Assembly (NCBI GenBank): GCA_045837725.1
Contig: JBEWZL010000137.1
Location: 62,001-126,000, forward strand
Origin: Vermamoeba vermiformis
Lineage: Eukaryota
Length of the DNA: 64,000 bases
Reading direction: 5' to 3'
In this document: positions 38,783-51,766 of the stretch, piece by piece
Layout of the letters: every line of letters starts with the position of its first letter
How positions within the stretch are numbered: position 1 is the stretch's first letter
Position numbers and translations under genes: made by a program
Notes under the pieces: generated by a model
What the model saw: only the letters and a program-made list of their open reading frames with translations
Told to the model about the DNA's origin: nothing
Databases searched by the model: none

Positions 38783-40414
38783 TCATTGTTTGTAAAAGTC
38801 TTTGGTCGTGTGTTCGCAAGGACAGCCTTTCTCGTGCGCGTATTGTACACAGTCCATATGTCCTTTCATTGTGGCGTACGAGCATGTGTAGGCATCCCTA
38901 AGCAGTGATTAATGGCGTGTTGCGGTGCGGTCTCGAGACTTACCATTCACAGCCATTCTCGTGCGCGTACTTCAAGCACGCGAGATGACCGTGCATCGCA
39001 GCACCATAACACGTCGTGTCGGCCCTAGTGAGTGGTTAGTGAGCTGGCGTAGTACAAGCCCTCACAGACGTACCATTCACAGCCATGTTCGTGCGCATAT
39101 TTTAAGCACTCTAAATATCCACCCGACGCCGCTCCCCCAGTAGCAGCAGCAGCCCAGGGAGCACCGTTCTCCGCTGCGTACTTCAAGCAGTCCAAGTGCC
39201 CGCTTGATGCAGCGCCTGTGGTCGTTCTTGCGTCCCTAAATAATGTGATCAGTACATTGGACTTGGATGGTGCACCGATCAAGGTACGTACCATTCACAG
39301 CCGTTCTCATGCGCGTATTTCAAGCACTCCAAGTGCCCCTTTGCAGCTGCCTGGGCACAAGTCGATTCGTCCCACTCACAGCCATTTTCATGGGCCCATT
39401 TGAGCTGTTCTAAATTGCCGTGCTGGGCCAAGAAGCTGCACACCGAGCTGTCCCAGTCGCACCCATTCTCGTGCGCGTATTTGAGACACTCAAAGTGGTT
39501 GTTCATAGCTGCATTTGGTGCCGCTTCAAAGGACCTGACAACAGAGCTGTGGTTCAGCACGTGTTCGATGCAACAATTAAGGTACTTACCATTCACAGCC
39601 ATTCTCGTGCGCGTACTTGAGGCAGTTGAGGTGTCCAAATGTTGCAGCCAACAAGGTCGTCTGTTCATCCCACTCGCACTCGTTCTCGTGCGCGTACTGC
39701 AAACACTCGAGGTGCCCATTGGCGGCTGCTTCATTGCACGTGTCTTCATTCCTGCAGCAACAGCGGTGAGTGCCTATTGGTCAGCAGTCGCGCACAGACG
39801 TACCAATCACAGCCGTTCTCGTGCGCGTACTTCAAGCACGCGAGATGTCCATTGGCCGCTGCTTCATTGCACGCCGCTTCATCGCCCCACTCGCAGCCGT
39901 GTTCGTGCGCGTATTTCATGAGACTAAGGAAACCCTTGCTCGCAAAATAACCGTGAAATGTCGAGGGCTTGGGCTTGTTATCTTTAATTCCCTTTTCTTC
40001 TTTGCGCTTTTTGACGAGTGCATTGAGCTCTTTGGAGACTTGCGCGACAAACACCAAAGATACGGCTTCATAATTTCTGTTGCTGCCGATGACGTGATCT
40101 ATAATAGTCATCCAAGTATCTGAAGGCAATACTACTGCAGCGTCGCTCTCGGTGTCATTATCCTGTTATAGACAAAATTAATAATAAGATGACAAAGACT
40201 CATTGTGTGATCCCGATCGGCAACCGAATCAGATAAGTGGACTAGTTACTGACTAATTAAATATGATTGCAATATTGTGGGCAAAGGTAATTATGTCGCA
40301 GAACAAAATATTTCATCACATTTCGCATTGCGCGCGCGTTTTTTAACTTACAGATTTGAATTTTTTGTTAGCGCGGTTATCTTCCATTGAGTCAGACGAT
40401 GCTTTTCTCTTCAT
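38783..40414 (-). CDS. F-box-like plus ankyrin-repeat protein (CLKYAHENGCEW repeat type)
   Basis: MKRKAS..KKFK exon, LPSDTWMTIIDHV..VAQVSKEL (F-box-like), ~11 repeats of AAxxGHLECLKYAHENGCEWD. Confidence 0.9.
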
Positions 40415-40588
40415 CTTAGTGCTAGTAGGATGGATAATCGATTGTTTTGCAGGACATTTTTAGCGGTCAGCTGTCAGAAAATATCTGGAATTGTATCACA
40501 TGACCGGTCCCAATTATTATTATTTAGGCTAAGTCAATGTGAATCAGCTGATAAATTCGACGAAATGATGATCGGTGCCACAACGGAG

Positions 40589-43500
40589 CTACTGATTGGC
40601 CTCGAAGAATTGGCGCAGTGCTGGCAAACTATTCTCGACCGAGGAGTACGTCTTCAAGCAGCCGCGGATCCACTTGGACAATTTGTTCGCGCAGTCCTCG
40701 CGTGCATAGCGCTCATCGAGCAGTATAATCGCGCCGTAGTCTCGTATGTGTCGAATGCACCGACCAATGGCCTGATTGACTGCACGATAGGCCTGCAACG
40801 CGTACCAGCTAATGTGAAGTGTTACTCGCTGATGCTATATTTAGCCGCGGTGTATATATATATAGCCTACCTATTGCCATCCAGCAGTCCTAAGCTTTGC
40901 TTGCGTTGCGTGTTGAATTCTTTTTTCAGTACAATCTTCAGATCTTTCCTAAAAAGGAGTTCAAAATCAGAGTCAAATTTGCTTTGATCCGGATCGGACA
41001 GTGCTACATACACTAGCGGGAATGGAATGCCAATCACTATCACTGCGCGTGCATTGTGATCGCTGAAATCGAGCCCTTCACTCACTTTGCCGCGACACAC
41101 CGCGCAGAACAGCGCTAAAAATAGTTGAGAACTCATATCAATGTACTAATTAGGCAATACCTCCTTGCGCGCTCTCAGTGGCGGAATAATACGTTGACAT
41201 CACACCTGCAAAGTTCTCTTCTGCGGACCTCGGCTCTGTCACTACAATTAGCGCACACTAAATTATTGCAAAGACACGACGCACCAATCGCCACGGTTTT
41301 GCGACATTGCACTTGGTGCCACAGGCCAGTGTTGGTCCAGCGCTCAATCATCTTGTCCATCAGACCGTAGGACGGGAAGAAGCACAGCACACCGTGAGGG
41401 ACCACTTGACAGTACTGCAGCAATGCAGCTCCGATGGCATCTATTACCATATTAGGACATGCAAGCACTCCTCACAGTAGTACCTTGATATTCAAATGAG
41501 ACCGAATTGGTGTACACGCTGTTGAACTTGACTGTCTTGGGGGCCAGAGCACCGACCCAGATCTGACACGTGTCAATCACCGAGCGACAAGTACTGTGAC
41601 ACTTACCTGTTTGGTCGTGTTGATCACGTGATTGGTTTGCACGTTGTGAGGAAACTTCGTGGCAAGTTCACCGGCAAACGAGTCCATTGGAGACAAGGTG
41701 CCAGATGTCACAATGATGGTTCGAGCTGTCAAACGTGTCACATATTGAGCAGCACTAACACCTATTTATATGTCCCTTACCAACACCCGCGATCTGTGTG
41801 AATGCCACTGCGGGGTTGAGACACCACAGGCCAATGGAATAGCTCCACACGCGACGTCCTGTCATTGTTAATAGTTGAACGAATTGATGCAATGCTTACC
41901 ATTTTTGGGCACGAGTGTCTTTTGAATCACCACTTTGTAGTCGTGTTGAAAGCGATAGTTCTGCGTCGTCAAATAGTGCGCTATTCGGAACAGATGTGAG
42001 AGGAGAATTTCATTTTTCTGCGAAAACAATCGCTCGTCCGACTCGTTGTTCACTCCCAGACCGTGATTGAGCTTGCCGATCAGCCCTGTGATACTTTCAG
42101 CTGTCACTCCGTAGTCCGCGAGCAGTGTCACTAATTCAGCCCCGCCCCATCTGTATTGCATCAGCGACCAATAACACCACACTAGCGCACTTACACATTG
42201 GAGTTGGTTTCAAAGTCTGTCGGCTTCAAATTGCCAATAGCTTTTCGAACCCAAGAAAGCAAGCCATCGATAATCTGCTTGAACGGTTATAACGTCGAAT
42301 ATCAGTGAGGTACTTACGGTGACAAATGGTCCAAAGTGTTCGGCCAGCGGTGTCATATTGACCATGTGTAACTCGTCTGTCAGTCCTAGCTGCTGTGTCA
42401 GTACAATTCATTTGACACGTGTCACACATCACTCACCAACTAAGTCCTCTAAAGTGAAGTCCATCGTCGTTGCCTCGCGTGCTGCGTCTTCAATGTTGCT
42501 AAAAATAGATTATTACACTCGCTGCCTGTGCCACTAACACTTACTGGGCCTCATCGAAAATGACCACTGCGCCTTGCAGTTCAATCTTGAATGACTCGCG
42601 AATACCCGGGTCTAAGAGATAATTGTACGGACACAACACGAGATCAGCTTTGTACGAGAGTGTCTTGGCCCCAAAGTACGGACAAGCTGTCAACGGTGTC
42701 AGTCAAACATGTCAAAATGACACGTGTCAACTTCACTCACCTTTATTGTCCTGACCGAGCAGCACAATGTCCTCGAGATCCCACGGCTCAGTCTTCAAGT
42801 CCTCGCGCTCAGTCAGCACGGACTTTCGGTTCTTGTACGTGCAGCCTTGAGGCGTGTCCACCAACTTGCGGCTGTGTGAACGTTAGATATGGAGCGCTGT
42901 CACGTGTCAACATGTCACTTGCCAGTCTGTGTCTCGAGTGCGTGAGAGACTGATGGTCGGGTGCACGCATGTGTGATCACGTGATCCAATCACTGCCATT
43001 TTAGGACGGTAAGGAGTCTTGCGCAGTTCAGCGACCACTTTTTTGACCTGCGCGTGCGTGCGTGATGCGTAATAGATCTTCGGTGCTGGAGGCCGCGGTG
43101 TTTGCGACCCTTCATCGTCACTGTCGCCGTCACGTGACTGTTTCTTCTTTGGATCTCGCGAACCCTTTCCTGTTTTGGAAGGCTCCTTCTTGACACTTGC
43201 CTTGATCGCAGACTTGCTATCCACCTTGCGCTTCTTTGCACTGCTGTCGTCAGAGCAGTGGTCGAGACTACGCTTCTTGTTGGGCGTGACGAACACGCGC
43301 TTGCTGGACTGAAAATCATCGTCCAACTCACTCAGATCTAATGTCACTCGATTGCTGTCGCTGGAGTGGGTCATTGTATTCTTGTTACTATTGTCATCTT
43401 CAATAGTGATCACTGAGGGATGTGGATCTGGTTTGATTTCGATTTTGATTTCGACTTGCTTAGCTTCCTGCTTGACCTCCTGAGCCAATGATTGCTTGTT

Positions 43501-43883
43501 TTCATGTTCTGATTTCACAGGAGTGCTTGTGCTATTACTGCAAGTATGCGAAGCACCGTCCTCCTGTTTAACGGCGTGGTTGGGATCGGCATTATTGTTG
43601 AAATCGTTCTGCCATTGTAATGCAGCGCACAACAGAGCCAATGTTTTTCCTGTGCCTGTAGGTGCCTCAAGCAGCGCATTTTCTGATCTAATACGAAGGG
43701 ATTGAATCAGACGCCGAAGAATTATTTGAATATTGGATTCGATCCAAAATTAATTAATTAGTACCTCTTCAGGGCCGTTAATAATTTGGACATTAGAGCC
43801 AGCTGAGGTCCGTAACATTTATACGGAAACATGACACGATGCCCACAAACCCAAGTGACATGATTCGTCTCTGGATCACTCAT
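40589..43883 (-). CDS. FANCJ/BRIP1-like (XPD/Rad3 family) Fe-S DNA helicase
   Basis: [113 protein letters not shown]. Confidence 0.95.
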
Positions 43884-44145
43884 TTCTCAAGATGCGAATC
43901 TACGGTGCTGTGGTGTGGTGTTGCAATAGTCTGAGTTCACTTAAAAATCATGGTCAAATCCTCTTAAGAAATTCTACGAAATGAAGCTTGCGCTGCTCGT
44001 GCTCGTTTTGTGCGGCGGAAATGTGACCGTTACAAAATTCAAAACTAATCAATTGATTGACCGAGATTGCAGAGCACAGAACGCGAGCAATATCATCCGT
44101 GTTTGTGAACACGTGCAGGATTGTAGCTCTAGGTATTTCTGTGCA

Positions 44146-45445
44146 ATGAAGCGCGAAGGTGACAGACTGTACGCCTCATCGCCTGAAAAGAAGTTCAAAC
44201 TTCATTCTGGCAGTCCTAAACACACTACGTACGAGAAATTTAGTATATTGGAATATATTAAACTAACAAATGATGATTAGAGCGTGTTCGCCTTTACAGT
44301 TTAAGTGTCCAACCTTTTCGGTCGATGGCGATCCAACAACCTTTATGGCACCCGAGCATTGGCTGCTGATATTGTCGTACCTCTTGCCTGTTGAGATATG
44401 CCAATCAGTGGTGGGCATTAACAAATTCATGGCTGGTCTGGCACAGAGTGATTATCTCGTAAGTAGCTAGATTTACTTCCATTCCGTGCTCCCCGTAGTT
44501 GATATTGAATTACAGTGGCGACCATTGACCTATCGGATGTACACAGACTGGTGCACCAATAGACGAGGTGAACTGCTACGACCACGCCTGTGCACCTCGT
44601 GGAAACAAATCTACCGCGACATCACTGCCCTCGCCACTGCACCGCGCGATATGACCGGCAAGTGTTTTGACCACGTGATTAATGTACGCTAACAGTTTAT
44701 TAGCATTTTGCCCGTTCTGTGGAGATACGTTGCCTAAGTACGGAGCTGACAAGTGCGGATTTGTTGCTGCACCTCAACGTATGTAGTGCATGATACGCAC
44801 AGGGTCATAATGACGAGCACCTATTGATATTGTAATATAATAATAGGCTGTGCGTTCTGTCAAATCAAGCTAACTATCCCAGGACAGCAATGCACTACGT
44901 GTCAGCAGCTCAGTTGTGACACGTGTCAAATCACGTGCCGCTGTTGCACGACACCAAGGTACAGTCCACAATCACGTGTCAGTCAGTCACGTGCTAACAG
45001 TCCTCGCTAGCTGTCCTCAGTGTGCTGTGAAGACGCGCGAATGTCAGCACCATGACACCTGTCACGTCATCTCCACGCTGCATTGCAATGCGTGCACCCG
45101 AGCATGTGACAGGTGTGCAATGATCACGTGCCTCACTGCGCAGAAGTGGTGCAAAGGTTGTTTTGACTTTTTTGGGTGTGAACCTTGTCTGGGCGTTCAT
45201 GAACAGGACTGCATTCAGTAAGTCTTTGCAACTATTTCACAGCACGTGTCACTCATTTAGCACTCAGCGGCGTGTCATCTGATGACTCGAATGCTGCCTT
45301 TGACAGGTGTCACATCTGTCGCACGCACACCTCACTCGACAGCACCACGTGTCACAAGTGTCACTACACGACCTGCGCGGTGTGTCTGATCACGTGCTCG
45401 CAGTGCGGCACGAGTTGTTCGGAGTGCTGCCAGTGCCTCGCGTGA
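44146..45445 (+). CDS. F-box protein with Cys-rich (CxxC repeat) C-terminus
   Basis: MAPEHWLLILSYLLPVEICQSVVGINK..AQSDYL/WRPL (F-box), SWKQIY, then many CxxC pairs. Confidence 0.75.
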
Positions 45446-45656
45446 TGATTGTAATTTAGTGTGTTATATAGAGACCTTATTTGCAGTTGTAACTAATTCA
45501 CTGAACCAGTCTTTGCAGTTGTACATCGCTTAGTCATAAATAACAATATTTACTAATTTGGTACCAAGCCCCCATGACAATTCTTTGGAATCTTTCAACC
45601 AGGGCACGTTTAAATCAATCAGGGCTGCACGCACAATTATCTGCAACAATTTGAGC

Positions 45657-47405
45657 ATGGAACACCACGACGGAGGTCATCAACCAGGGCAAGTAGATCC
45701 GCATCTGCCCTCGTTCGTGCAAGTAGTCCCTCCTCAGCCCGTACAGTTCTCGCAGCCCATGCCTGTCCCCGCGGTTGATCAGGGTTACAATCGCGGTCAG
45801 GTCTCGACTTACAATTTTTCCAATGTAGTAGGTGAGTAGTATAATTAATCGCAAGCTCAAATTTCAAATCAAAAATAATTGTTGAAATATTTTTTTTGAG
45901 GATCAGCAGAAATGTTATTCCATCGTTAGAACAAAATCGAGTTATTACTATGTAAAGAGTATTAATCACCTGAATTTTAGAAAGAAGAAATGCGCCAGTT
46001 CCACCACCTGTAGCATTATTTACTGGATCAAGCAGTTCAGCGCAGTACACGTTAAATTCAGTGCTCGCAGAGGATTCTGGTCCTAAGGTAAATATACAAA
46101 CTATCATATCCTAAATTCATTACTTCTGCTGACGTAAGGACCAGATCCATTTTTGAGATCCTGCCCTCTTTGCTTACTAACAGTACCTTATTGCAGCACA
46201 GTCTATGGCAGCGCTATCTCCGCGTAGTCAGTGTGGACAATCAGGCACGCAAGTTATCAATCTTCATTGGCTTTATGGCCGTTGTATTCATATTCAAACT
46301 GCACGTATCACACGGTGCCGAATCCATGGGTAACTCACTGCACACACCACACACTATAAGCACATTACACTAACACCGTGTAGCACTACTGGCCAGTGCC
46401 TATTACACGCTATTCACGCTGCTCACACTGGCCACTAGTCTCGTCGCACTCGTCGCCAACAAACAGCGCTCCACACTCGCATTCTCGTACGGGTACGTCA
46501 CGTGACAGGTGTCAAATGTGTCACGACACTGACAGCTCTGCACAGCTATGACAGGTACGAGTTGCTGATGGGCTTTGCTAGCGGCACACTGCTCGTATTC
46601 GTGTCGCTGTACGTCTTGTTTGAGGGCTTTGAACACATCCTCGAGCCCCACGAAGTCAACACGTATGTACACTTGTATATAGTGGCCCTATTGACACTCA
46701 TCTCGGCTATTAATAGTAACAAGCTCATGCTCACTTCCTTATTTGGTATGGTGGCACACGTGCTGGCAGTGGTGCTGTTCAACGATCAAATCAAGCTGCG
46801 CACAGAACTCGCAACACATTCGCGCATGAAGAGCGTTGAAGGACTAGTGCGCCAATTAGTGACCGATGTGATGCCAGATCTGCTCTTGTTTGTCACTTCG
46901 CTCATATTCTACGTGCAGTAAGTTCTGTCGCACATAGATACCATTATCTAACTCAAATCAGACCAATCTACTGGCTGGAGAGTCTGATTGGCTGGGTGAT
47001 TGCACTGCACGCCATGTGGACTGTCGTTCCGTACTGCATCGAGTCGGGACGCATTCTAATTCAATCAGTGCCGCAGTCTATTCAATACATCCTCGAAGAC
47101 ACAATTCGTGACGTAAGTATCAGTCACCACAATGACTACAGTAATAACCTCGTGTGCAGGCCACAACAGTCGACGGCGTGTTGGAGGTGCGTCGCAAGAA
47201 GTCACACTTTTGGACCTTTGCGCCTGGCGTGTTCGTCGGCACACTGCACGTGCGTGTCAAACAAGACGCAGATGTGCAACTAGTGCTGCAACACTTGAGC
47301 AAGCTGTTCAGTCCGATCATTCAACACCTGACCATTCAAGTGCAAAAAGATGATTGGGGCCATGGGCACAATCACGATCAGCCCGCACACACCGTGGCAC
47401 ATTAG
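45657..47405 (+). CDS. Cation diffusion facilitator, ZnT6/SLC30A6-like
   Basis: FSYGYDRYELL, HFWTFAPGVFVGTLHVRVKQDAD, LTIQVQKDDW; TM2 lacks HxxxD, as in ZnT6. Confidence 0.88.
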
Positions 47406-47492
47406 AACACTAGTGCTCGTATAGTATCATGGCACTCCTTTTGTGATATAAAACAACCTATTTACAACGCATATGGTGCTACTAAATACAAG

Positions 47493-49370
47493 TTAGAACC
47501 AGTGATATTTCTTGAACAAAATGATCACGATGGCACTGTACGCCGCCATGCCTCCCAAAATGACGTAAAACCACGTTAAGTCCGTCGCATCAGGTTTGCC
47601 CGGTACCTACAGATACATGTTAGCCATGCATTATTCTACTCAACTAGGTGTGACGCGTACATCGACGTTCATTCCCCACAGACCAGTGATGAACGTGAGT
47701 GGCAGCATGATCGTTGTCATGGCACCAAATTTCTTCATGACACTGTCCATACGATTCGAGGAATAGGCGACTTCAATGTCCACTCTGTTGTGCGACTTGT
47801 TAGGAGATGCATATGAATCATTTCAGTTTATCCCTACCTCGCCAAGTAAGTCGAGTTGAGATTAGACAGGGTTTCTTTAGTGGCTTCAATGTCTTCCAAC
47901 ATACTGCGCACTGATTAGCATTCAAATAAACTATTATTCCGCTCACTTACGCCTGAATGTGATCCAACACGTCACGCAGATAGATCTTAGTGTTGCGATT
48001 CAATGCTCCAAACACTGCATCATGTTAGACACGTCCTAATTAACAGTGATGACTTTTTAGCGTACCTCTGTGTTTGTGCAGCGGATCTAACTTCTCCAAT
48101 GTGGGACTATCTTCGTGCTGTATGCCTTGCTGTTGTTGTTGTGACTCGTTGTGTTTGCCTTCAGTCTCGTCTTCAGTCAAACTGCTCTTGATCATCAGTG
48201 ACACCATCACATCTTTTTTCTTCAACAGTTGTGCACGCAAGAATGAAATTCTTTTACGAGCCAGACCGATGCGTCTATAATAATAGACATTGTTAATCAC
48301 TGATAGTTGTTCTATTATTTTTCACACGTACTTCAACACATCGTTCTGTTCATGAGCAGTCAAAATGAGCACTAAATCATCGAGCGAATCGACCTCCATT
48401 GCAATCTATCGGACATTAGCAAGGACTATATACTCCCATTAGTATACACCTATCGCTTACATGTTGTACAAAACTGAAGAACATATCGACAATTGCGTCC
48501 AATATGGCGTACATGATCCAATCAGCTGTTCGCTTCATTCCTTCCTAAAATATTATATTGGACATTAATATATTTGCCAGCACTGGCACTCAACCAAGTA
48601 CACACCTTGAGCATGCGCATACGATTGAGCACTTGATCGATGCACTTGATGGGTCCCTGGTGCACGCAGATCAAGAAGTTCTTGAACACAATCAAGTTGA
48701 CATTGACCTGTTGCAGTTCATTGGTCCCTGGTGGCACGTGCACCTCCGTCATCACCACGAATCGATAGTTGTCGAAGATTTCGTTCTTTTCACGTGTCTC
48801 CGCTGAGCTGAAGCAATCCTCCACTGTCAATGGATGCAAATCAAATACACGGCCAATCTCTCGCAGAGCAGCAGCAGTCGGGAACTGTACATCCACAAAA
48901 AATGTCTGCTTAGGATTGTCTTTGATATTTTTGCTGAGTGCTAACAACTGTTGGAGCTCGATTTGTTGTACTTTGCGACCATTCGATTCGATTAATATGA
49001 TTTTCTGTTGGCAAGGAATACGAGAGTTAAATACGTATGAACAGCACCAACACGATCCAGATCGGAAAAGTAAATTTCCGATTATTACGATTTAAATGAA
49101 TTTAGATAAAATTTTTGATTTTACCTCGTTGCGCTTTTCTTCGAGTTCATCATATTTAGCAAAATCGACGACGAGAGGATACTCTTTGACTTTTTTACTT
49201 TTTTTCTCTGGGGGAGGAGATGTGATGCCGTTGTTGTTGCTCTTTTGTCCATCTTCTCCAATATTATCAAGCCCTTATTATTTTATTTAATTAAATCTTT
49301 TTACAGCACACATTTTGATTTTCATACCGTCATCCAAGTTATCGATCGTGGCTTGTTCCATCTCATTCAT
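47493..49370 (-). CDS. CorA-family Mg2+ transporter (Alr1/Mnr2-like), paralogue 1
   Basis: FDLHPLTVEDC, REKNEIFDNY, DWIMYAILDAIVD, IYLRDVLDH, LPLTFITGLWGMNVDVPG. Confidence 0.93.
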
Positions 49371-49655
49371 CTTGGCTAGCTCATTAATGCACAAATAAAT
49401 TGAATGCAATCGGTGCTGTGGTTAGTCGAATTTTGCAAATAGTACAGAATAGAATTCCGTTAGGTGTAAAAATCGTTGGTTTTCGTTCCCGAACTGCCGC
49501 CAAAAATCATAAAAATATTTAAATTAATTCTTGCACCACAGCTCGCGTCGTGCGTATTTTTAAGCACGACGTCCATTTGTTATTAACTTCGAGTTGCATT
49601 GAGTGCAGTGCGTACTTTAATTATTCGATTAATAATCGAAAATAATTCAAATAGC

Positions 49656-51548
49656 ATGGGTAGTACTACGAAAAGGTTAGTACGGACAATAAAATAACAA
49701 AATATTAATGTACATTCTCAGATTATTTATTGCTTTGTCGATCGTGATCTCGGTGCTAGGCAGTCTATTCTTAATGAACGAGTGGTTGCCAGAGAACCAG
49801 TTCCGAGCGCTACGCAATGTAATAGACTACAACAAGAATTCAATTCGCCTCGCGGCTTTAGAATTTCGAGATCGCGTTGCAGCACTGCGGCTCACTTACG
49901 AAAATTGGTCTGCAGAGGTCAATTCGCACAGTGATTTATTAGCGGGGCTCATAACACGACTGAGACAATTGAAGAGCAGGCCATGGCTATTCAAATATCA
50001 ATCAGATGTGGAGGAGAGTTACTTTTTAACACTGCTTCAACGCCAAACACATCCGCACTCAGAAGTGTACAAGCGCGCTATCAATGGCACCACCCTAGTG
50101 CACGCTGTTATCGAGGCCAGTTCAGCTGCGAGTCACCATCCTTATGCACAGCTATTCAAATTTGTACTGGAACGCACCGAGACTGCTTGTCAAATGTAGG
50201 TCCATATCACGCATCAATGAAGTTTCCTAATTTGGTTATAGGCCCGACAACAGACAGTACAGCATCATGCACAAACTCATTGCACAAAACAACTTACCAC
50301 TGACGGAGATTGCTTTGACACTTGACGGCTGCAAAGTCTTATGTGAGTGTAGCGTTCAGAACCTTTTGCAGATCTAATACCAAATATAGTAAGTGCCAAA
50401 GATAGCAGCAACAAAACACCGCTCGACTATCTCACGCAATCGTCGATGGCCAAGCTGCTCGTACAACATCATGCGCGTGTTGATCAACAGCTGATCGAGT
50501 CGTGGTTGACACGCGTCCTCGCCAATGACACGTGGTCAGTGACACTTGAAGCGGGCAAGATTGTAGAGGTGCTGCTGGGCCCTGTCAACTCAGATCTAGC
50601 GATTGAATCTGTTAGTCAAGCGTTCAATCAATTGCTTGGCTACAACAAGGCTGTTGTTCCTCGCCTGGATACGACGTAAGCAGTGCCAGCCAAATCTTTC
50701 ACGAATCTAACCTTTTGACAGCAAACACACACTGCTGGGTCAATTAGGTTCGGCAGTCGCTGGTTCGTCGCTCGTGTCATTTCAGTACGTGAAACTCGAT
50801 CGTGAGAACACTTTGTTACCGAAAAAGGAAATACCACTGAACATGCGACCACGTGAACGGCAAGTGATCGTAATGACTGTGAGTGGCTCCTCGTCTTTGC
50901 AATCCAAACAGAAATTTAGATCTGGTCTCGTTGTCGCAGTGCAATCTGTAAGTTATGCCCTGCTGTCAAATAACAATCAATAATCTATATTTAGAACGCC
51001 GATTCATTTGACTTGAAATTCAGCGAAAGTGTCAACTTGGTACACATGCTTGCAAATGATCAGCAAGTAATTCGACAGCAAGACACGATACTCGGTGCTT
51101 ATCCACACGTGACACTCACCGCTGAGTCCAGTGCTTTTGATCACGTGACTGTCACTGCCCTCGTGACGTGTAACAACGCATTTGTTGCGTGTAAAGGTGA
51201 CTTCAGTGTAGAATTTGTGCCATTTGCAGAGGTAAGGTACCTGTCTAATGTTACCTATTATTGACATATAGTTAGCACCTCTCTAACGTCACCGAGCTCA
51301 CATGGACTGACTTCGCTTGGCATCCGTTCTCATTGTTCCGCTTGAGCGCAATAACTTGGTTGCCTTTTATGGAAATAGTGCCTAAGACGTCATCCGGTGT
51401 CGTTCAACTCGCGCGAGTATTGCCGATATTTGTGTCACTGTTTGGCTTTGTTACAGTGGGCTACATGTGGGCTGTGTACTGGATCTGCTACTTGTTCGGC
51501 GGTGTTTTATTGCTTACACCGCTAGTGTTGCTAAGGAGACTAATATAA
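49656..51548 (+). CDS. Multi-exon membrane protein of unknown function (N-terminal TM, ankyrin-like segments, C-terminal TMs)
   Basis: RLFIALSIVISVLGSLFL; GTTLVHAVI and KTPLDY ankyrin-like bits; hydrophobic last exon; GT-AG introns. Confidence 0.6.
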
Positions 51549-51766
51549 TGTTAATAATAATAATGACACTAAAGCTGTAAATAAAAATATTTATTTATTC
51601 GTAAACCCGGTACCAAATTCGTCACGTGGCTGATCAGAAGCAAGAGAACACGGCGGTTGAAAATTACTGTCGCTTTACTCAGTCGTGGGCGGCAACACTA
51701 TTTATATTGTATGAGTATTCTAGTTATTGGGCATCAAGCAACACAGCCGAAGTAGATCTAGATCGG

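Noticed and set aside
38783-40414. Ankyrin gene as an endogenous giant-virus insertion
   Set aside because: It has host-type spliceosomal introns and no neighbouring viral hallmark genes.
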